Origin: a cyanobacterium endosymbiont of Braarudosphaera bigelowii
GTDB lineage: Bacteria; Cyanobacteriota; Cyanobacteriia; Cyanobacteriales; Microcystaceae
Reading direction: 5' to 3'
Assembly (NCBI RefSeq): GCF_020885515.1
Contig: NZ_AP024987.1
Span: 240,001-272,000 of the forward strand
Length of the DNA stretch: 32,000 bases
The notes below the pieces were generated by a model, which was given only the letters and a program-made list of their open reading frames with translations, was not told where the DNA came from and made no database searches. The position numbers were made by a program, and so were the translations under genes. Below, piece by piece: positions 9,908 to 20,253 of this stretch; the stretch's first letter is position 1, and each line of letters begins with the position of its first letter.

Positions 9908-11620
9908 TTAAAAAGTGAAAGTTGTTCTAATGGTTCCAATCACCAAATCGTCATTAGCATTATCATAATCTGGTGATGTAATAACTACAATGCCAGGAGT
10001 AATTTTAACATTGTTGTTAATTGTATATTCATAAAAAGCCTCTAGGTGAAAGGAAGTATCTTGATCGCTATTTCTTAATCTTCCCGGTAAATTAATATTT
10101 GATTTAGCAACCCAAGGTTCCATTCCTATAACTATAGCGCCTATTCCGTCTTCGATTAATGCATCTGGAAAGGCTAATGTTACTGCCCAATTCCAAATAT
10201 CTAGATTTCCTCTATCGATAAAATCTTCTTGTAATGTTACTGAACTAGTCTTTGTTGTAGTAAAACCTCCCCAGCCTCCTAGAATAAAGCTAGGGGCGAC
10301 GCTCCACATAAATTCTATTCCATAAGCGTTATTAACAGTATTTACGTTAGATGAAAATTCTTCTTGCATAAATGATTGAAAATTTGAAAGACGACTTCCT
10401 GTACCAGAATCAAGATTATTGTAACCATGAACATATGTGAAGTCGACGGTAAAGTTTCCGTCGGTTCCATATGGATACCATCCAATTTGACCGATAACGC
10501 CATAAGGGCCATTAAACATTCCTGCTTCTAAATCAGGATCATTACCATTTTTGGCTAAATAGCCACCACTCCATTCAAAAACCTCAAATATAGTTCCTCT
10601 AAATCCTATTCCAGGTCCTCCAGCCATAAAATACAGGGGATTGCGGCTACCAAATGAGGTTATCGCTCCGAACGCTCTATCCCCATCTAAAAAGTTAACT
10701 GTTGGTACAAAATCATCAAATGCACCACCTACTGGTTCTATAAACATTCTTATATTTTCTGCTAGATTAAATTGATAAATAATCAACTGTATAGCTAAAT
10801 CAGAATTATCTGGTTGTTGAAAACCTAGATCTCCTTCAAATGTATCTGTAATAGTCGCGTAAGAAGGAATTGTTCCTGTAGCAAGACGAGTATACAGTGA
10901 ATCATTACCATCAAAGCTAGTATTTAATTCAATTCTTCCTCTGTAACCCAAATTATTAGTATTATGTATATCTTCAATTCCTTGTTTTTTTTCTCCATTA
11001 GTAATTCCTGTCAAACCTACAACAAACTGTCCACTTAGAGTTGTCGTAGTAGAAAATTGATGCTCCTCTATATAAGCTACTCTCTTTTCTAAATTTGATA
11101 CTTTAGAACCTAATATAATTAACTCTGTTTCGAATTCCTGCATTAATTGCTTGGATATTTCAATATCTTCTCTTAAGATTACGGTATTTTCCCTTAATGA
11201 TTTTTCAATTGCATTTAAACATGAGTTCAATCCTGCAGTAAACTCATGGCGGGATAAATTATATCTTCCGTTAAAAATTTTACTTGGATATCCTGAAATA
11301 CAATTATAACGTTTGATCAATCTTTTTAAAGACTCGTAAGGCCAATCTGTAGGAGATATATCTTCTAATTTAGAAAGGTTAGTAACTTTGGAGGTTAATA
11401 CTTGAGAGTTATGAATAGGATTAAGAAATCCATCACGAAATTTCTGAAGTTTTAGATTATTTGATGTTTCAGGTAATGCTTGAGTTGTAGTAGTTGACAG
11501 AAAAATTATCAAAGCAGTGATGCCATATGTCTTATACATAGAAAACAAATTAAACATCAGTTTTTCACACCTCATATGAAATGAAGTTTTACAAAAAAAG
11601 AAAGAACAGAAGAATAACAT
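9908..11620 (-). CDS. Outer-membrane porin with SLH domain, OprB/SomA-like (cyanobacterial iron uptake/carbohydrate porin family)
   Basis: 570 aa ORF: signal peptide (MYKTYGITALIIFLSTTTTQALP), SLH segment (DISPTDWPYESLKRLIKRYNCISGYP), coiled coil, then a porin beta-barrel. The annotated start is probably upstream of the real one. Confidence 0.88.
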   Translation of the reverse strand: MLFFCSFFFCKTSFHMRCEKLMFNLFSMYKTYGITALIIFLSTTTTQALPETSNNLKLQKFRDGFLNPIHNSQVLTSKVTNLSKLEDISPTDWPYESLKRLIKRYNCISGYPSKIFNGRYNLSRHEFTAGLNSCLNAIEKSLRENTVILREDIEISKQLMQEFETELIILGSKVSNLEKRVAYIEEHQFSTTTTLSGQFVVGLTGITNGEKKQGIEDIHNTNNLGYRGRIELNTSFDGNDSLYTRLATGTIPSYATITDTFEGDLGFQQPDNSDLAIQLIIYQFNLAENIRMFIEPVGGAFDDFVPTVNFLDGDRAFGAITSFGSRNPLYFMAGGPGIGFRGTIFEVFEWSGGYLAKNGNDPDLEAGMFNGPYGVIGQIGWYPYGTDGNFTVDFTYVHGYNNLDSGTGSRLSNFQSFMQEEFSSNVNTVNNAYGIEFMWSVAPSFILGGWGGFTTTKTSSVTLQEDFIDRGNLDIWNWAVTLAFPDALIEDGIGAIVIGMEPWVAKSNINLPGRLRNSDQDTSFHLEAFYEYTINNNVKITPGIVVITSPDYDNANDDLVIGTIRTTFTF

Positions 11621-12293
11621 GATAACTCTATCTCAGGGTGCAGAAATTATAATACTTAACTTAGAAGAGACATAATTATAACAATTTTTAGATTTTTATA
11701 TCATTATGCAAAGCTAAATTACTAAGTATAAAAAATAACTTAAATATTCTTATAACCTCAATTATATGGGCTTTACTAAATCATTTAGCCATATTTAAGT
11801 TATCTTAAAATATCTATATTTAATATTCTGGTAACGTATTTAGTATCATTAGCTATTAAAATTTTTTGACGAATGTTGTGTAAAGTACCTTATTTTTTCA
11901 GATAGCAATATCAATATGTAATTGTCTACATTAGATAATTTATCCTATTATGTTCAAACATAATTCCTACAACATTTATTTTCATGAAAACCTATATAAC
12001 TTTTATGATTTATTAGATCAATATATGCATTTGTCTTATAATTAGCAACTTTTTATTTTGATATCTCCTAAATATTTTATCGAAATTAAGATTATAAACT
12101 TCAACATATTATGTTGGTGAATTATCTATTATAATTATTAGTTTTGTTTGGCTATAAACTAATAAGCCATTTAAATATCATTATTGAAATTTGTTAAGAT
12201 TAAAATATTTATTATTATTTAAGAATTTTTTGAGAAATAAATACTGAGCCTACTAAAAACAGAGATTTATTAATATTACATACAAAAAAATCA

Positions 12294-13268
12294 TTAGACA
12301 TCTAATAATCCTTTTTCTTTTAACCACGTTTTATTATAAATACGTGATTGATAGCGTGCACCACCATCACACAATACTGTAACAATAGTATGTCCAGGAC
12401 CGAGCTTTTTAGCTAAGGCGACTGCAGCCCCTACATTAATGCCTACAGATCCTCCCATAAATAAACCATCACGAGACAATAACTGATTAATTACTTGAAT
12501 TGCTACGCGATCATTGATTTGTATAGCATCATCTATAGGAGCTCCTTGCATATTAGCTGTAATGCGGCTATTGCCTATACCTTCTGTTATAGAACTACCT
12601 TCCGATCTTATTTCTCCTGTTTTTACATAATTATATAAGCCACTGCCCATTGGATCAGCTATTACACATCTAATTTCGCTATTTTGTTCTTTCAGAAATA
12701 AACTTGTCCCAGCGTAAGTTCCACCTGTTCCTGTAGCTGATACCCAGGCATCTATTTTTCCATCTGTTTGATACCAAATTTCAGGACCTGTTGACTTATA
12801 ATGTGCTTGACGATTCGCTAGATTATCAAATTGATTAGCCCAAATAGCATTATCTATTTCTTTGGCCAATCGTCCTGAAACCTTAACATAATTTTCTGAG
12901 TTTTTATAAGGGACTGCAGGAACAATTCTAACTTCTGCTCCCAATGTTTTCAAAAGATCAATTTTTTCCTTTGACTGAGTTTCAGGAATAACAATAATAC
13001 ATTTATATCCTTTAGCATTGCAAATATGAGCTAATCCAATACCCGTGTTACCCGCAGTCCCTTCAACAACAGTTCCCCCAGGCTTCAATAATCCTTTATC
13101 TTCTGCATCTTTAATAATATATAAAGCTGCTCTATCTTTAACAGAACCTCCAGGGTTAAGGAACTCCGCTTTACCTAGAATATTACACCCTGTTTCCTCA
13201 CTAAAACTTTTAATTCTGATAAGAGGAGTATTTCCAATAGTATTGATTAAATCTTTTTTAATATCCAT
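12294..13268 (-). CDS. Cysteine synthase family (PLP-dependent O-acetylserine sulfhydrylase)
   Basis: 324 aa ORF with IGNTPLIRI, NPGGSVKDRAALYII, EGTAGNTGIGLAHICNAKGY and GTGGTYAG. Confidence 0.9.
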   Translation of the reverse strand: MDIKKDLINTIGNTPLIRIKSFSEETGCNILGKAEFLNPGGSVKDRAALYIIKDAEDKGLLKPGGTVVEGTAGNTGIGLAHICNAKGYKCIIVIPETQSKEKIDLLKTLGAEVRIVPAVPYKNSENYVKVSGRLAKEIDNAIWANQFDNLANRQAHYKSTGPEIWYQTDGKIDAWVSATGTGGTYAGTSLFLKEQNSEIRCVIADPMGSGLYNYVKTGEIRSEGSSITEGIGNSRITANMQGAPIDDAIQINDRVAIQVINQLLSRDGLFMGGSVGINVGAAVALAKKLGPGHTIVTVLCDGGARYQSRIYNKTWLKEKGLLDV

Positions 13269-13374
13269 AAATTAAAGTAATTAAGTGAGTATTTCAGACA
13301 TGTTACAGACAATTATATCTCAACGTTTATTGTAATTTGATTAGTAACCTTGTTAAATAGTTAAGCTTTATTTA

Positions 13375-14504
13375 TTAAAAATGTCATAAGCATTGGTTAA
13401 AATTTCAACATCTCCTACATTCTACAGATTTTAGCTTTAAAGTTGTACTTGAAAGATTATTAGATCTAGTTCCTCCTTTATTAATTAAGAAGCCAATACT
13501 ATTAGGTAAATTTCCAATAATATTTGTTAAGAAAAACAAAACGAGTACTTCAAAATCAGATTTTTCTTGAAGAGAACTAAAAACTATTTGTTTTCTACTT
13601 GTATAAATAATAACAGTTCGTCTACTATGATAAGTGGAGCTTATCTGTTCGATTAATTTTTTGAGTAATCTATTTTTTCTATTTGGAAAATTCTATAATT
13701 CTTTAAGATTAATTTAAAGTCCTGATAAATTATGCTGTTGTAACAAGTCTTTTGATTATTCGATTGTCTTTTTTGCATGAGAACCAACTAAAACAATGTC
13801 TGAACTATTTTGAGATTTATATCTTTAGCTCCTAATAAATGTCTACTAGGTTTAGTAAAAACAATTAGCACATTTACAGCACCACAAAATAAAAATTTTT
13901 ACCAAGCTCTACCGCTACTGATAAGTCTCTAATAAAATATTTCAAATCTAATTAATATTTTACGTAGAGATTGTTATTTAACCTCATTAACTCTTTGAAG
14001 CTATCTTCACGGATATCTTTTAGTAAAAAGTATCTTACATAAGCTGCCTTAAATAATCCCTCTATTTTTTCTTCGATACAATAAGATAAATAACAGTGAG
14101 AGTAACTAAAAATAGAATTCTTAGAAAACTCTGTTTTATGAATTGGATATAAACAAATTTTATTTTTTAAGCAGTGTATATTACTTATAGTACTTCTCTC
14201 TCCTTCGAAAGAGATAAAAATGAAAAGTTAGCATCGAATTTATCGAGAACAACTTCCATTCCTAAAGAATAGTATCCCTTAAAAGCAGAGTTAGGACGAC
14301 TATATATTAAAAACTTTGTTATATTTTCATTTTTAAGAACAATTTTTAGAGTATGACAAACTTGCTCAGTAACTTTTTTAGCTTTTCCTAAAATTAAAGC
14401 TCGTGTATTCGTTGTTGTAAAGAATATAAGAGATACAAAATGCTTATTGCCTGTGAACCAGTAGAGTTATCATTCAAAGCAATAATTTTTGATGTGTCTA
14501 TCAT
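13375..14504 (-). pseudogene. Degraded four-carbon acid sugar kinase family (DUF1537/OtnK-like) gene
   Basis: Minus-strand translation in shifting frames gives, in family order: MIDTSKIIALNDNSTGSQ; TTTNTRALILGKAKKVTEQVCHTLK..FLIYSRPNSAFKGYYSLGMEVVLDKFDANF; ISNIHCLKNKICLYPIHKTEFSKNSIFSYSHCYLSYCIEEKIEG..LLKDIRED; SDIVLVGSHAKKTIE*; RRTVIIYTSRKQIVFSSL; NLPNSIGFLINKGGTRSNN; NVGDVEILTNAYDIF*. Multiple frameshifts and stops, and the C-terminal region is shortened. Confidence 0.87.
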
Positions 14505-14528
14505 ATCTATGGTAGATAATATTACTTA

Positions 14529-14576
14529 ATAAATTAAGGCGAAGCCTATTTATATGGATACTTCGCCGTAATTTAT
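14529..14576 (-). terminator. Terminator-like hairpin downstream of rpmI-rplT
   Basis: ataaattaaggcgaag (14529-14544) pairs with cttcgccgtaatttat (14561-14576) with one mismatch. It has a GC core (ggcgaag/cttcgcc) and lies 3' of rplT on the minus strand. Confidence 0.7.
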
Positions 14577-14619
14577 CTATTCAGAAATATTCTTAACTTT
14601 CCATTCAATTGATTCTTAA

Positions 14620-14973
14620 TTATTTAGTAACTTTAGCGGCCTCTACTACTTTAGTAAATGCTTGAGAATCAACAATTGCTAAATGAGCTAACATTTTTCT
14701 ATTAATGTTAATACTGGATTTTTTCATAAGGCCAACTAACTTGCTATAACTTATTCCGTTTTGTCTAGCAGCTGCATTAATTCGCGTAATCCATAATCTG
14801 CGGAAATCTCGCTTACGTTTACGGCGATCTCGATAAGCATTACGTAAAGCTTTCATCACCTGTTGATTAGCAATACGAAATAACCGAGAATGACTTCCTC
14901 GAAATCCTTTGGCAAGTTTAAGAATTTTTTTGCGACGTTTACGGGCAACATTGCCCCGTTTTACCCTTGTCAT
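14620..14973 (-). CDS. rplT: 50S ribosomal protein L20
   Basis: 117 aa ORF: [33 protein letters not shown]...[20 protein letters not shown]. Confidence 0.98.
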   Translation of the reverse strand: MTRVKRGNVARKRRKKILKLAKGFRGSHSRLFRIANQQVMKALRNAYRDRRKRKRDFRRLWITRINAAARQNGISYSKLVGLMKKSSININRKMLAHLAIVDSQAFTKVVEAAKVTK

Positions 14974-15014
14974 AGTTCAGCTTTAAGTGTTTTATATATT
15001 TAATATCAATCTGT

Positions 15015-15218
15015 TTATAGATAAGGTAACATTAGCCGAACATTTGCTTCATCTTGCTCACTTACTAAAGTACTATGAGATAGACGACGGCGTTTTTGTT
15101 CAGAACTTTTGTGATTTAACAGATGGTTCTTATAGGCTTTGCGCCTAACAATTTTTTTACCGCTTCCTGTTACCCGAAAACGCTTGGCAGCAGCTTTACG
15201 CGTTTTTAGTTTTGGCAT
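15015..15218 (-). CDS. rpmI: 50S ribosomal protein L35
   Basis: 67 aa ORF: [45 protein letters not shown], adjacent to rplT. Confidence 0.97.
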   Translation of the reverse strand: MPKLKTRKAAAKRFRVTGSGKKIVRRKAYKNHLLNHKSSEQKRRRLSHSTLVSEQDEANVRLMLPYL

Positions 15219-15586
15219 AAATTTCGTAGAATTAAAAGATGCTTAACTAGCATAACATTAACCAATCAATAAACGCAAAAATTCAAGAGGAAAATTTTAT
15301 GGTATAGCTTTAATTTTACCTATAATAGTATTGAATTATCATGTCAAATAACAACTCTCTATAGATATTTCGTTATCTTACTATTTAGCACAAATAACCG
15401 ACAGTCTACATAAATTATTTTCTTATTAATAAACACTTAGCTAAACCGCTTTCTATTTATTAATTGGCTAAAAGTATAATTCAACTATAATCTATGACTT
15501 AACCTCATTATTCAATGTAATTACATTTTTTGACTTTTATCTTGAGATAGAATAATTCTATAAAAACTGTTTTAATCTAAAATAAA

Positions 15587-15659
15587 TGGAGCTAAGCGGA
15601 TTCGAACCGCTGGCTTTCACAATGCCATTGTGACACTCTACCAACTGAGTTATAGCCCC
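15587..15659 (-). tRNA. tRNA-Ala (anticodon GGC)
   Basis: The minus strand reads GGGGCTA TA ACTC AGTTGGTA GAGT G TCACA ATGGCAT TGTGA AAGCC AGCGG TTCGAAT CCGCT TAGCTCC A. All four arms pair; anticodon GGC at positions 34-36. CCA is not encoded. Confidence 0.96.
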
Positions 15660-15846
15660 TTACAGTATTCATAACTATATTTATAAGCTAATTAAAATCT
15701 GATATTAATCATGCAATAATTAGTATTACTTCGTCAAGCATTTAAATTCAAAATTTATATAAAATTTTAATGTTCTATTGTCTTGATAATAAAATTAATT
15801 TAATATACTTCTAAACTAGAATGTTAGATAACAATCACAAAAAATA

Positions 15847-16491
15847 TTGTATAAAAAAATGGCATCTTATGTAACTTCGTCTGCTAGAGCAGAAATGAGT
15901 GAATTAAGGCGTTTAAGAACGCTATTACCGCTTGAATTACAAAACTGGGTCATGATAGAGGGAAGTACAGAAATTAATCCTCCTCTTATTCGATGTGAAG
16001 AACTTGGAAGAGATGAAGTAGAAATTCAAGTTGATTTAGCTAAGTGGGAGAGTCTAGCTATAGATCAACGAAACTTATTGTTTTGGCAGGCAGTCGCTCG
16101 CATTCAAAATGATACTATTCCTCGAGAAGGCTGGGAAATGGCAGCTTTAGCTATTGGTCTAGGAGGCGCTGTGGGAGAGCTGTGGGTTCAAGATGCTTTA
16201 TTATTGATTTTAGCTATAGGCCTATGTAGTATTTCTGGCTATAGGCTATGGCAAAAAAATAATGGAGGACGTAAACTTAAAGAATCTATTGAAGCAGATG
16301 AAAAGGCAATAGTTCTAGCCACACGCTTTGACTATACACTTCAAAATGCTTATAAAAGTTTAGGAAGCGCATTTAAAACACTTATTGAACAGACTCCTAA
16401 CCGTCGACAACGAAAAGAATATGAGTCACGATTACAAGCTTTAAGACGTAGTGCAAGCAAAGCAAAAGAAAAAATGCAAAGAGAGAAATAA
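15847..16491 (+). CDS. DUF3318-family cyanobacterial membrane protein
   Basis: 214 aa ORF with SSARAEMSELRRLRTLLPLELQNWVMIEG, INPPLIRCEELGRDEVEIQVDL and a hydrophobic mid-region, typical of DUF3318. The likely start is the internal MASYV. Confidence 0.8.
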   Translation: MYKKMASYVTSSARAEMSELRRLRTLLPLELQNWVMIEGSTEINPPLIRCEELGRDEVEIQVDLAKWESLAIDQRNLLFWQAVARIQNDTIPREGWEMAALAIGLGGAVGELWVQDALLLILAIGLCSISGYRLWQKNNGGRKLKESIEADEKAIVLATRFDYTLQNAYKSLGSAFKTLIEQTPNRRQRKEYESRLQALRRSASKAKEKMQREK

Positions 16492-16646
16492 TGATAGTAA
16501 ATTAATTAACTGCCAATTCTAAGATTAGTCATGATAGTGTTAGGATAAGCAGTGCTCATTAGTATAGTTAATAGAATCTTAAATATTAAAATTAATAGAT
16601 CTAAATTAAGAGTTATTAATTTATTTGAATAAAGTTATTTCCTAAT

Positions 16647-16712
16647 GCAGTTATTTAAAGAAAAAGAAGGACAATTTATATAAATTGTCCTTCTTTTTCT
16701 TTAAATAACTGC
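16647..16712. repeat. Perfect palindrome, 33 bp arms with no spacer, in a convergent intergenic region; probable bidirectional terminator
   Basis: gcagttatttaaagaaaaagaaggacaatttat is followed immediately by its exact reverse complement ataaattgtccttctttttctttaaataactgc. Confidence 0.9.
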
Positions 16713-16794
16713 TATTTTTCTTAATGACTTCTATAATTCCTAAATATAAAGAGTAAGGATACCATTATAGAAGTAACATCTTTTGAAGGACTAA

Positions 16795-18216
16795 TTACAC
16801 ATCATAATAAAGAGCAAATTCATAGGGATGAGGACGTAAACGCATAGGTTGAATCTCATTATCAAATTTATACTGAATCCAATTAGTAATGAAATCTTCT
16901 GTGAAAACATCACTATTAGTCAAAAATTCGTGATCTTTTTCTAAGCATTCTAATGCTTGTTCAAGAGAAGGAGGGGTAGAAGGAATTTTATTCATTTCCT
17001 CAGGAGATAAATCATATATATCAATATCTAAGGAATGTCCTGGATCAATTTTATTTTTTACACCATCGATTCCTGCGCATAGGATGGCTGAGAATCCTAA
17101 ATAAGGATTACATGTTGCATCAGGACAACGAAATTCTAATCTTTTTGCTTTAGGATCAGGACCTGATATAGGAATACGAATAGAAGCAGAACGATTTCCT
17201 TGAGAATAAGCAAGATTTACAGGAGCTTCAAATCCAGGTACAAGACGTTTATAAGAGTTAGTGGTAGGATTTGTTATAGCTAAAAGTGCAGGAGCATGTT
17301 TCAGAATACCACCAATGTAATGTAATGCAGTTTCACTTAAATTTGCATAACCATCTCCCCAAAAAAGAGGTTGGCCATCTTTCCAGATCGAGTGATGAGC
17401 ATGCATTCCTGAACCGTTATCGTTAAATAAAGGTTTAGGCATAAATGTAACTGTTTTCCCATATTTTTTAGCTACATTTTTAATAACATATTTATAAATC
17501 ATTAAATAATCTGCTGCTTCAATTAGAGGAGCAAATCGAAATCCTAATTCGTTTTGTCCTCCTGTTGCAACTTCGTGATGATGTTGCTCAATAGGAACAC
17601 CACACTCTGCCATGGTTAGTAACATTTCTGTTCTCATATCTTGCATAGTATCGGTTGGAGCAACAGGAAAATATGCCTGCTTATAACCTGGCTTATAACC
17701 TAGATTGCCTCCTTCTTCTTTTTTCCCTGTATTCCAACGTCCTTCTATACTGTCGATATAGTAGTAGGCTTGATTTTCAGTTTGATCAAAACGTATATCA
17801 TCAAAAACAAAAAATTCTGCTTCTGGTCCAAAATATGCAGTATCTCCAATACCTGTATCCTTTAGGTAATCCACTGCTTTTTCAGCAATTGTACGAGGAT
17901 CTCGACTATACCAATCCCCAGTACGTGGCTCTTTAATTCCACATATGAGACTTAGTGTTGGCTCTTTATAAAATGGATCAATCCAAGCTGTTTTGGGATC
18001 AGGAACCATACACATATCAGATTCATTAATGGTTTTCCAACCCCTAATACTAGAACCGTCAAAAGGGACTCCGTCACTAAAAGAATTTTCGTTAATTTGA
18101 TTATGATAAAAAGAACAGTGTTGCCAAGTTCCAGGCATATCAATGAATTTGAGATCAATAATTTTTATATTTTGATCTCGTACCATTTTCAAGACTTCTT
18201 GAGCTGTTTGGGCCAT
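16795..18216 (-). CDS. glnA: Glutamine synthetase type I
   Basis: 473 aa ORF with [48 protein letters not shown] and NRSASIRIP. Confidence 0.97.
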   Translation of the reverse strand: MAQTAQEVLKMVRDQNIKIIDLKFIDMPGTWQHCSFYHNQINENSFSDGVPFDGSSIRGWKTINESDMCMVPDPKTAWIDPFYKEPTLSLICGIKEPRTGDWYSRDPRTIAEKAVDYLKDTGIGDTAYFGPEAEFFVFDDIRFDQTENQAYYYIDSIEGRWNTGKKEEGGNLGYKPGYKQAYFPVAPTDTMQDMRTEMLLTMAECGVPIEQHHHEVATGGQNELGFRFAPLIEAADYLMIYKYVIKNVAKKYGKTVTFMPKPLFNDNGSGMHAHHSIWKDGQPLFWGDGYANLSETALHYIGGILKHAPALLAITNPTTNSYKRLVPGFEAPVNLAYSQGNRSASIRIPISGPDPKAKRLEFRCPDATCNPYLGFSAILCAGIDGVKNKIDPGHSLDIDIYDLSPEEMNKIPSTPPSLEQALECLEKDHEFLTNSDVFTEDFITNWIQYKFDNEIQPMRLRPHPYEFALYYDV

Positions 18217-18426
18217 GTAAAACTCCTTGGAATACTAAAATATATACAGTAGCTTGATATGAGGCTTCGAACAACTGATAATACTGAGAGCCTTTTAAAG
18301 ATTTTATGCAATCTCGTATTTGTCAGGGTTATTAAACTTATAGATAATATTAAATTGTGACAAAAATAAGAAAAAAATCCTATTTTTATCTCATATGTCA
18401 TATCAATAAACTCAGAAAAAGTAGTT

Positions 18427-18442
18427 TAATCTAATTAGATTA
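18427..18442. promoter_or_regulatory. 16 bp perfect palindrome TAATCTAATTAGATTA in the divergent glnA upstream region; possible regulator site
   Basis: Exact palindrome. Its core TCTAATTAGATT also occurs twice upstream of the uxs-like gene (2145-2156 and 2180-2191). Confidence 0.3.
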
Positions 18443-18488
18443 GCGATATAGTACAATTTGATATAAGTTTATTGAATATCTTTTATTA

Positions 18489-19166
18489 ATGCAGGTTTTA
18501 TTCCAATTCAAATCCATTATTTGGTTTATTTCAAGTATATCTTTGAAACATTTCAAATATGATGTTAAACATTTCCTTACAAAAAAGCAATGGCAAAGTA
18601 TTATTGTTTATCTATTACTATCTATAGTAATTACTTTTATGCTTGCCTGGGACTGGAAATTAATTTGTGCGACCTTAATAGGTATCAATCTAATGATCTT
18701 TATACAGAAAGCCCAAAATAAAAACTTTCAAAATATTGTATTAAATTGGTATAAATTCTTTAATAGCCCTAAAGGAAAATTAACTTTAGCTATTATCATT
18801 GGCTGTTTTGGAATACTGGAAAGCTATGTAACTCTGTCTGTATTGTCTGATATTGAAAATCATTGGTTAGCAAGTGAACTAATTTTTCAAAATCTAGGAG
18901 TTTTTATAATATTAACAATTCTTATTTTACAAATATTTGATTCATCAGAGAAAAAGCAAAATAATCAGTATAAAGAATTAGTATCTGAATTAACTGAAGT
19001 TAATCCTTTAAAACGATTAATTGCTGTACATAATATATCTCATTTACTTAAAAAGAAACAATTAAATGTAAATCAAGAAGAAGAAATATTAGAATACTTC
19101 AAAGTTATCTTAAATCAAGAAAAAGAAGTGGTTATTCGTCAAAATATCTTGAAGAGTTTATGTTAA
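18489..19166 (+). CDS. Conserved-looking membrane protein of unknown function with HEAT/armadillo-like C-terminus
   Basis: 225 aa ORF. Hydrophobic helices (SIIVYLLLSIVITFMLAW, TLAIIIGCFGILES, FIILTILILQIF), then VSELTEVNPLKRLIAVHNISHLLKK, which resembles a helical repeat. Confidence 0.65.
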   Translation: MQVLFQFKSIIWFISSISLKHFKYDVKHFLTKKQWQSIIVYLLLSIVITFMLAWDWKLICATLIGINLMIFIQKAQNKNFQNIVLNWYKFFNSPKGKLTLAIIIGCFGILESYVTLSVLSDIENHWLASELIFQNLGVFIILTILILQIFDSSEKKQNNQYKELVSELTEVNPLKRLIAVHNISHLLKKKQLNVNQEEEILEYFKVILNQEKEVVIRQNILKSLC

Positions 19167-19207
19167 GTCAGCTTTTCAAAGTTATCATTTTTTATTGGAT
19201 TCATTAT

Positions 19208-19891
19208 CTAGAGTTGCTTTGCAAAATGGTTAAGTTGTTTGAGATTAGTTAGTGATAAAATCTGTTGTGTAGTATTTATTTCTATACAGCCTTGATTCTG
19301 TAGCTGTATCATAATGTTCTGGCATTCTTCATTAGAAATATTGGCAACATCAGCTAAATCTTGATTAGTAATTTGTAGAATTTCTAATCCTTCTGCAGTT
19401 AATTTGCCATAAGTTTCAGCAAATCTAATTAAGGTTTTAATTAATCTTATTTTCGGCTTTTGTTGACGTAATTGAAATCGGCGATATAAATATCTATATC
19501 TTTTAACGCTTAGTTGTAACATTTTGTGATGTACTTGAGGATCTTTAAATAGCATTTGTAAGAAACGTTGAGCTGAAATACTTATCAAATGAACTTCAGA
19601 TAAGGCGGCAACATCTATACATTTGAGAGGTTCGTCAAGTATTTCCATTTCTCCCCAAAAATCTCCTTTGCTGAGAATTTCCAAAGTTACTTCTTGGTTA
19701 GAATTGCGAGAACGTACTTTGACCCAACCGGAAACTATAAAGCAGATTGCCTTTCCACAGTTATTTTCCTTTATAATTTCTTCATTTTGGACATAGTGTT
19801 CTTCATCGGCGACGGATAGTATCCATTCTATAGTTTCTGGACTTGCTACACTAAATAGGGGGAATAGCTCTATGATTGCTTGAGTTTCCAT
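19208..19891 (-). CDS. Crp/Fnr-family transcriptional regulator
   Basis: 227 aa ORF: cyclic-nucleotide-binding-like fold (GKAICFIVSGWVKV, LSKGDFWGEMEIL) and a C-terminal HTH (ITNQDLADVANISNEECQNIM). Confidence 0.82.
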   Translation of the reverse strand: METQAIIELFPLFSVASPETIEWILSVADEEHYVQNEEIIKENNCGKAICFIVSGWVKVRSRNSNQEVTLEILSKGDFWGEMEILDEPLKCIDVAALSEVHLISISAQRFLQMLFKDPQVHHKMLQLSVKRYRYLYRRFQLRQQKPKIRLIKTLIRFAETYGKLTAEGLEILQITNQDLADVANISNEECQNIMIQLQNQGCIEINTTQQILSLTNLKQLNHFAKQL

Positions 19892-20253
19892 TAAAGGTGC
19901 TTTAAGATGGCACTGAATAAAAGGTTAAGAGGTACTAATTGATTGATTTTTTCTTTTTGTTTCAATCTTCTAATTAATGATAAACCCCATAGATACTCTA
20001 AGTCTAGAGTTATTAAAATAGTATAGCGAAGAAAATCTAGCAAAATTTAATAACTATACAGTTTTTAAAGAGATATTAACTAGATTTATTTTAAGATAAA
20101 TGATTTAAAAATATTCTTTAACAAATAATATTAAGAAAACTCTATAAAAATAATATTTTTTTCAGTCTTTTCATATCTGTAGATGTTAGAATATCTTCTA
20201 CATGTAATGTTATAAAATAACCTATAAAATTAAGTAGAGATAGATAGATACTC

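Noticed and set aside
13045-13275. 76 aa plus-strand ORF over the cysteine synthase start
   Set aside because: Antisense shadow; Pro/Ser-rich translation of the conserved PLP motif region.
15219-15586. Possible CRISPR or repeat array in ORF-less spacers
   Set aside because: No regularly spaced direct repeats were seen here or in other spacers; the only tandem element is the two-copy unit at 2130-2191.
17655-18401. Plus ORF 17655-17936 and ORFs 17952-18158, 18189-18401 around glnA
   Set aside because: They overlap glnA or its promoter, have no family signatures and conflict with a very well conserved gene.
18217-18488. NtcA site (GTA-N8-TAC) or glutamine riboswitch upstream of glnA
   Set aside because: Expected from biology, but I could not find a good GTA-N8-TAC match or the glnA-RNA motif core by eye, so not claimed. 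A motif scan would settle it.
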